A stretch of DNA of 63,504 nt, filler included, from Octopus bimaculoides (lineage: Eukaryota), in NCBI RefSeq assembly GCF_001194135.2. It is 8 parts of 6 records of this genome, joined end to end, with 100 filler letters (N's around TTAATTAATTAA, not from the genome) between each part and the next. Parts side by side here need not be neighbours in the genome. Positions count along the whole stretch, not along the records: positions 61,434 to 63,504 come from NC_068986.1; 7 more parts are not named here. One strand, 5' to 3'. Shown here one piece after another: positions 63,180 through 63,504 of the stretch; the first letter of the stretch is position 1, and every line of letters starts with the position of its first letter. The notes beneath the pieces were generated by a model. It saw nothing but the letters and a program-made list of their open reading frames with translations. It searched no databases and was not told the DNA's origin. Both the position numbers and the translations under genes were made by a program.

Positions 63180-63504
63180 ACTGCTTACCCCCATCCCAGG
63201 GTCACACGGGCCCACTCCTCTGACACCCACTCCTCCCACACTGTCAGGATTGGTACTCTCAATGTCGGCACGCTGAAAGGTAGGTCTGGTGAGATTGTTG
63301 AGATGCTTGAATGGCGACGCATAGATCTGTGCTGCATCCAAGAAGTAAGATGGAGAGGAGGTTCTGTGAGGTTCCTCACAGACAAAGAACACAGGTACAA
63401 GATTTTCTGGGCAGGAAACACTGACGGGGTCGGGGGCGTAGGAATACTTCTAGCAGAGAAATGGGTTGATAAAGTAATCGAGGTAGTTAGAGTATGTGAC
63501 AGAG
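63180..63504 (+). mobile_element. RTE-clade LINE ORF, APE endonuclease N-terminus (runs off the window)
   Basis: TVRIGTLNVGTLKGRSGEIVEMLEWRRIDLCCIQEVRWRGGSVRFLTDKEHRYKIFWAGNTDGVGGVGILLAEKWVDKVIEVVRVCDR, stop-free; LNV, IQE.RW and GVGIL motifs. Confidence 0.9.

Noticed and set aside
1-63504. CRISPR arrays, rRNA genes, Runt-domain exons
   Set aside because: No repeat-spacer structure, rRNA-like sequence or Runt-domain peptide was seen in the sequenced bases.

Overview
Gap-rich (roughly a quarter N), AT-rich, microsatellite- and SINE-dense animal DNA. The repeat families and simple-repeat load suggest an octopus/cephalopod draft assembly (inference). The only host gene supported is SUPT3H (SAGA subunit Spt3), seen as two minus-strand coding exons with canonical splice sites at 3225-3309 and 1767-1853. 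Most or all of the remaining ~60 kb is probably its large upstream intron or upstream region, which in other animals belongs to the linked Runx regulatory landscape; no Runt-domain coding sequence is visible. The rest is tRNA-derived SINEs of several families, MITEs (piggyBac-, Tigger/pogo-, Helitron-like), decayed transposases (Merlin, mariner, Tc1, hAT) and LINE fragments (R4/Dong-like, RTE, APE, Penelope RT). Best unexplained signals: a near-complete type I hammerhead ribozyme fold (51579-51667, minus) plus two partial hammerhead-like motifs, a perfect 121-bp foldback, long inverted repeats that could form dsRNA, a phase-compatible candidate upstream SUPT3H exon, and a few dense TF-motif clusters. 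Almost all listed ORFs are artefacts of microsatellites or N-runs. I found no firm evidence of a wholly new system. TE boundaries are approximate unless a TSD or TIR is quoted.
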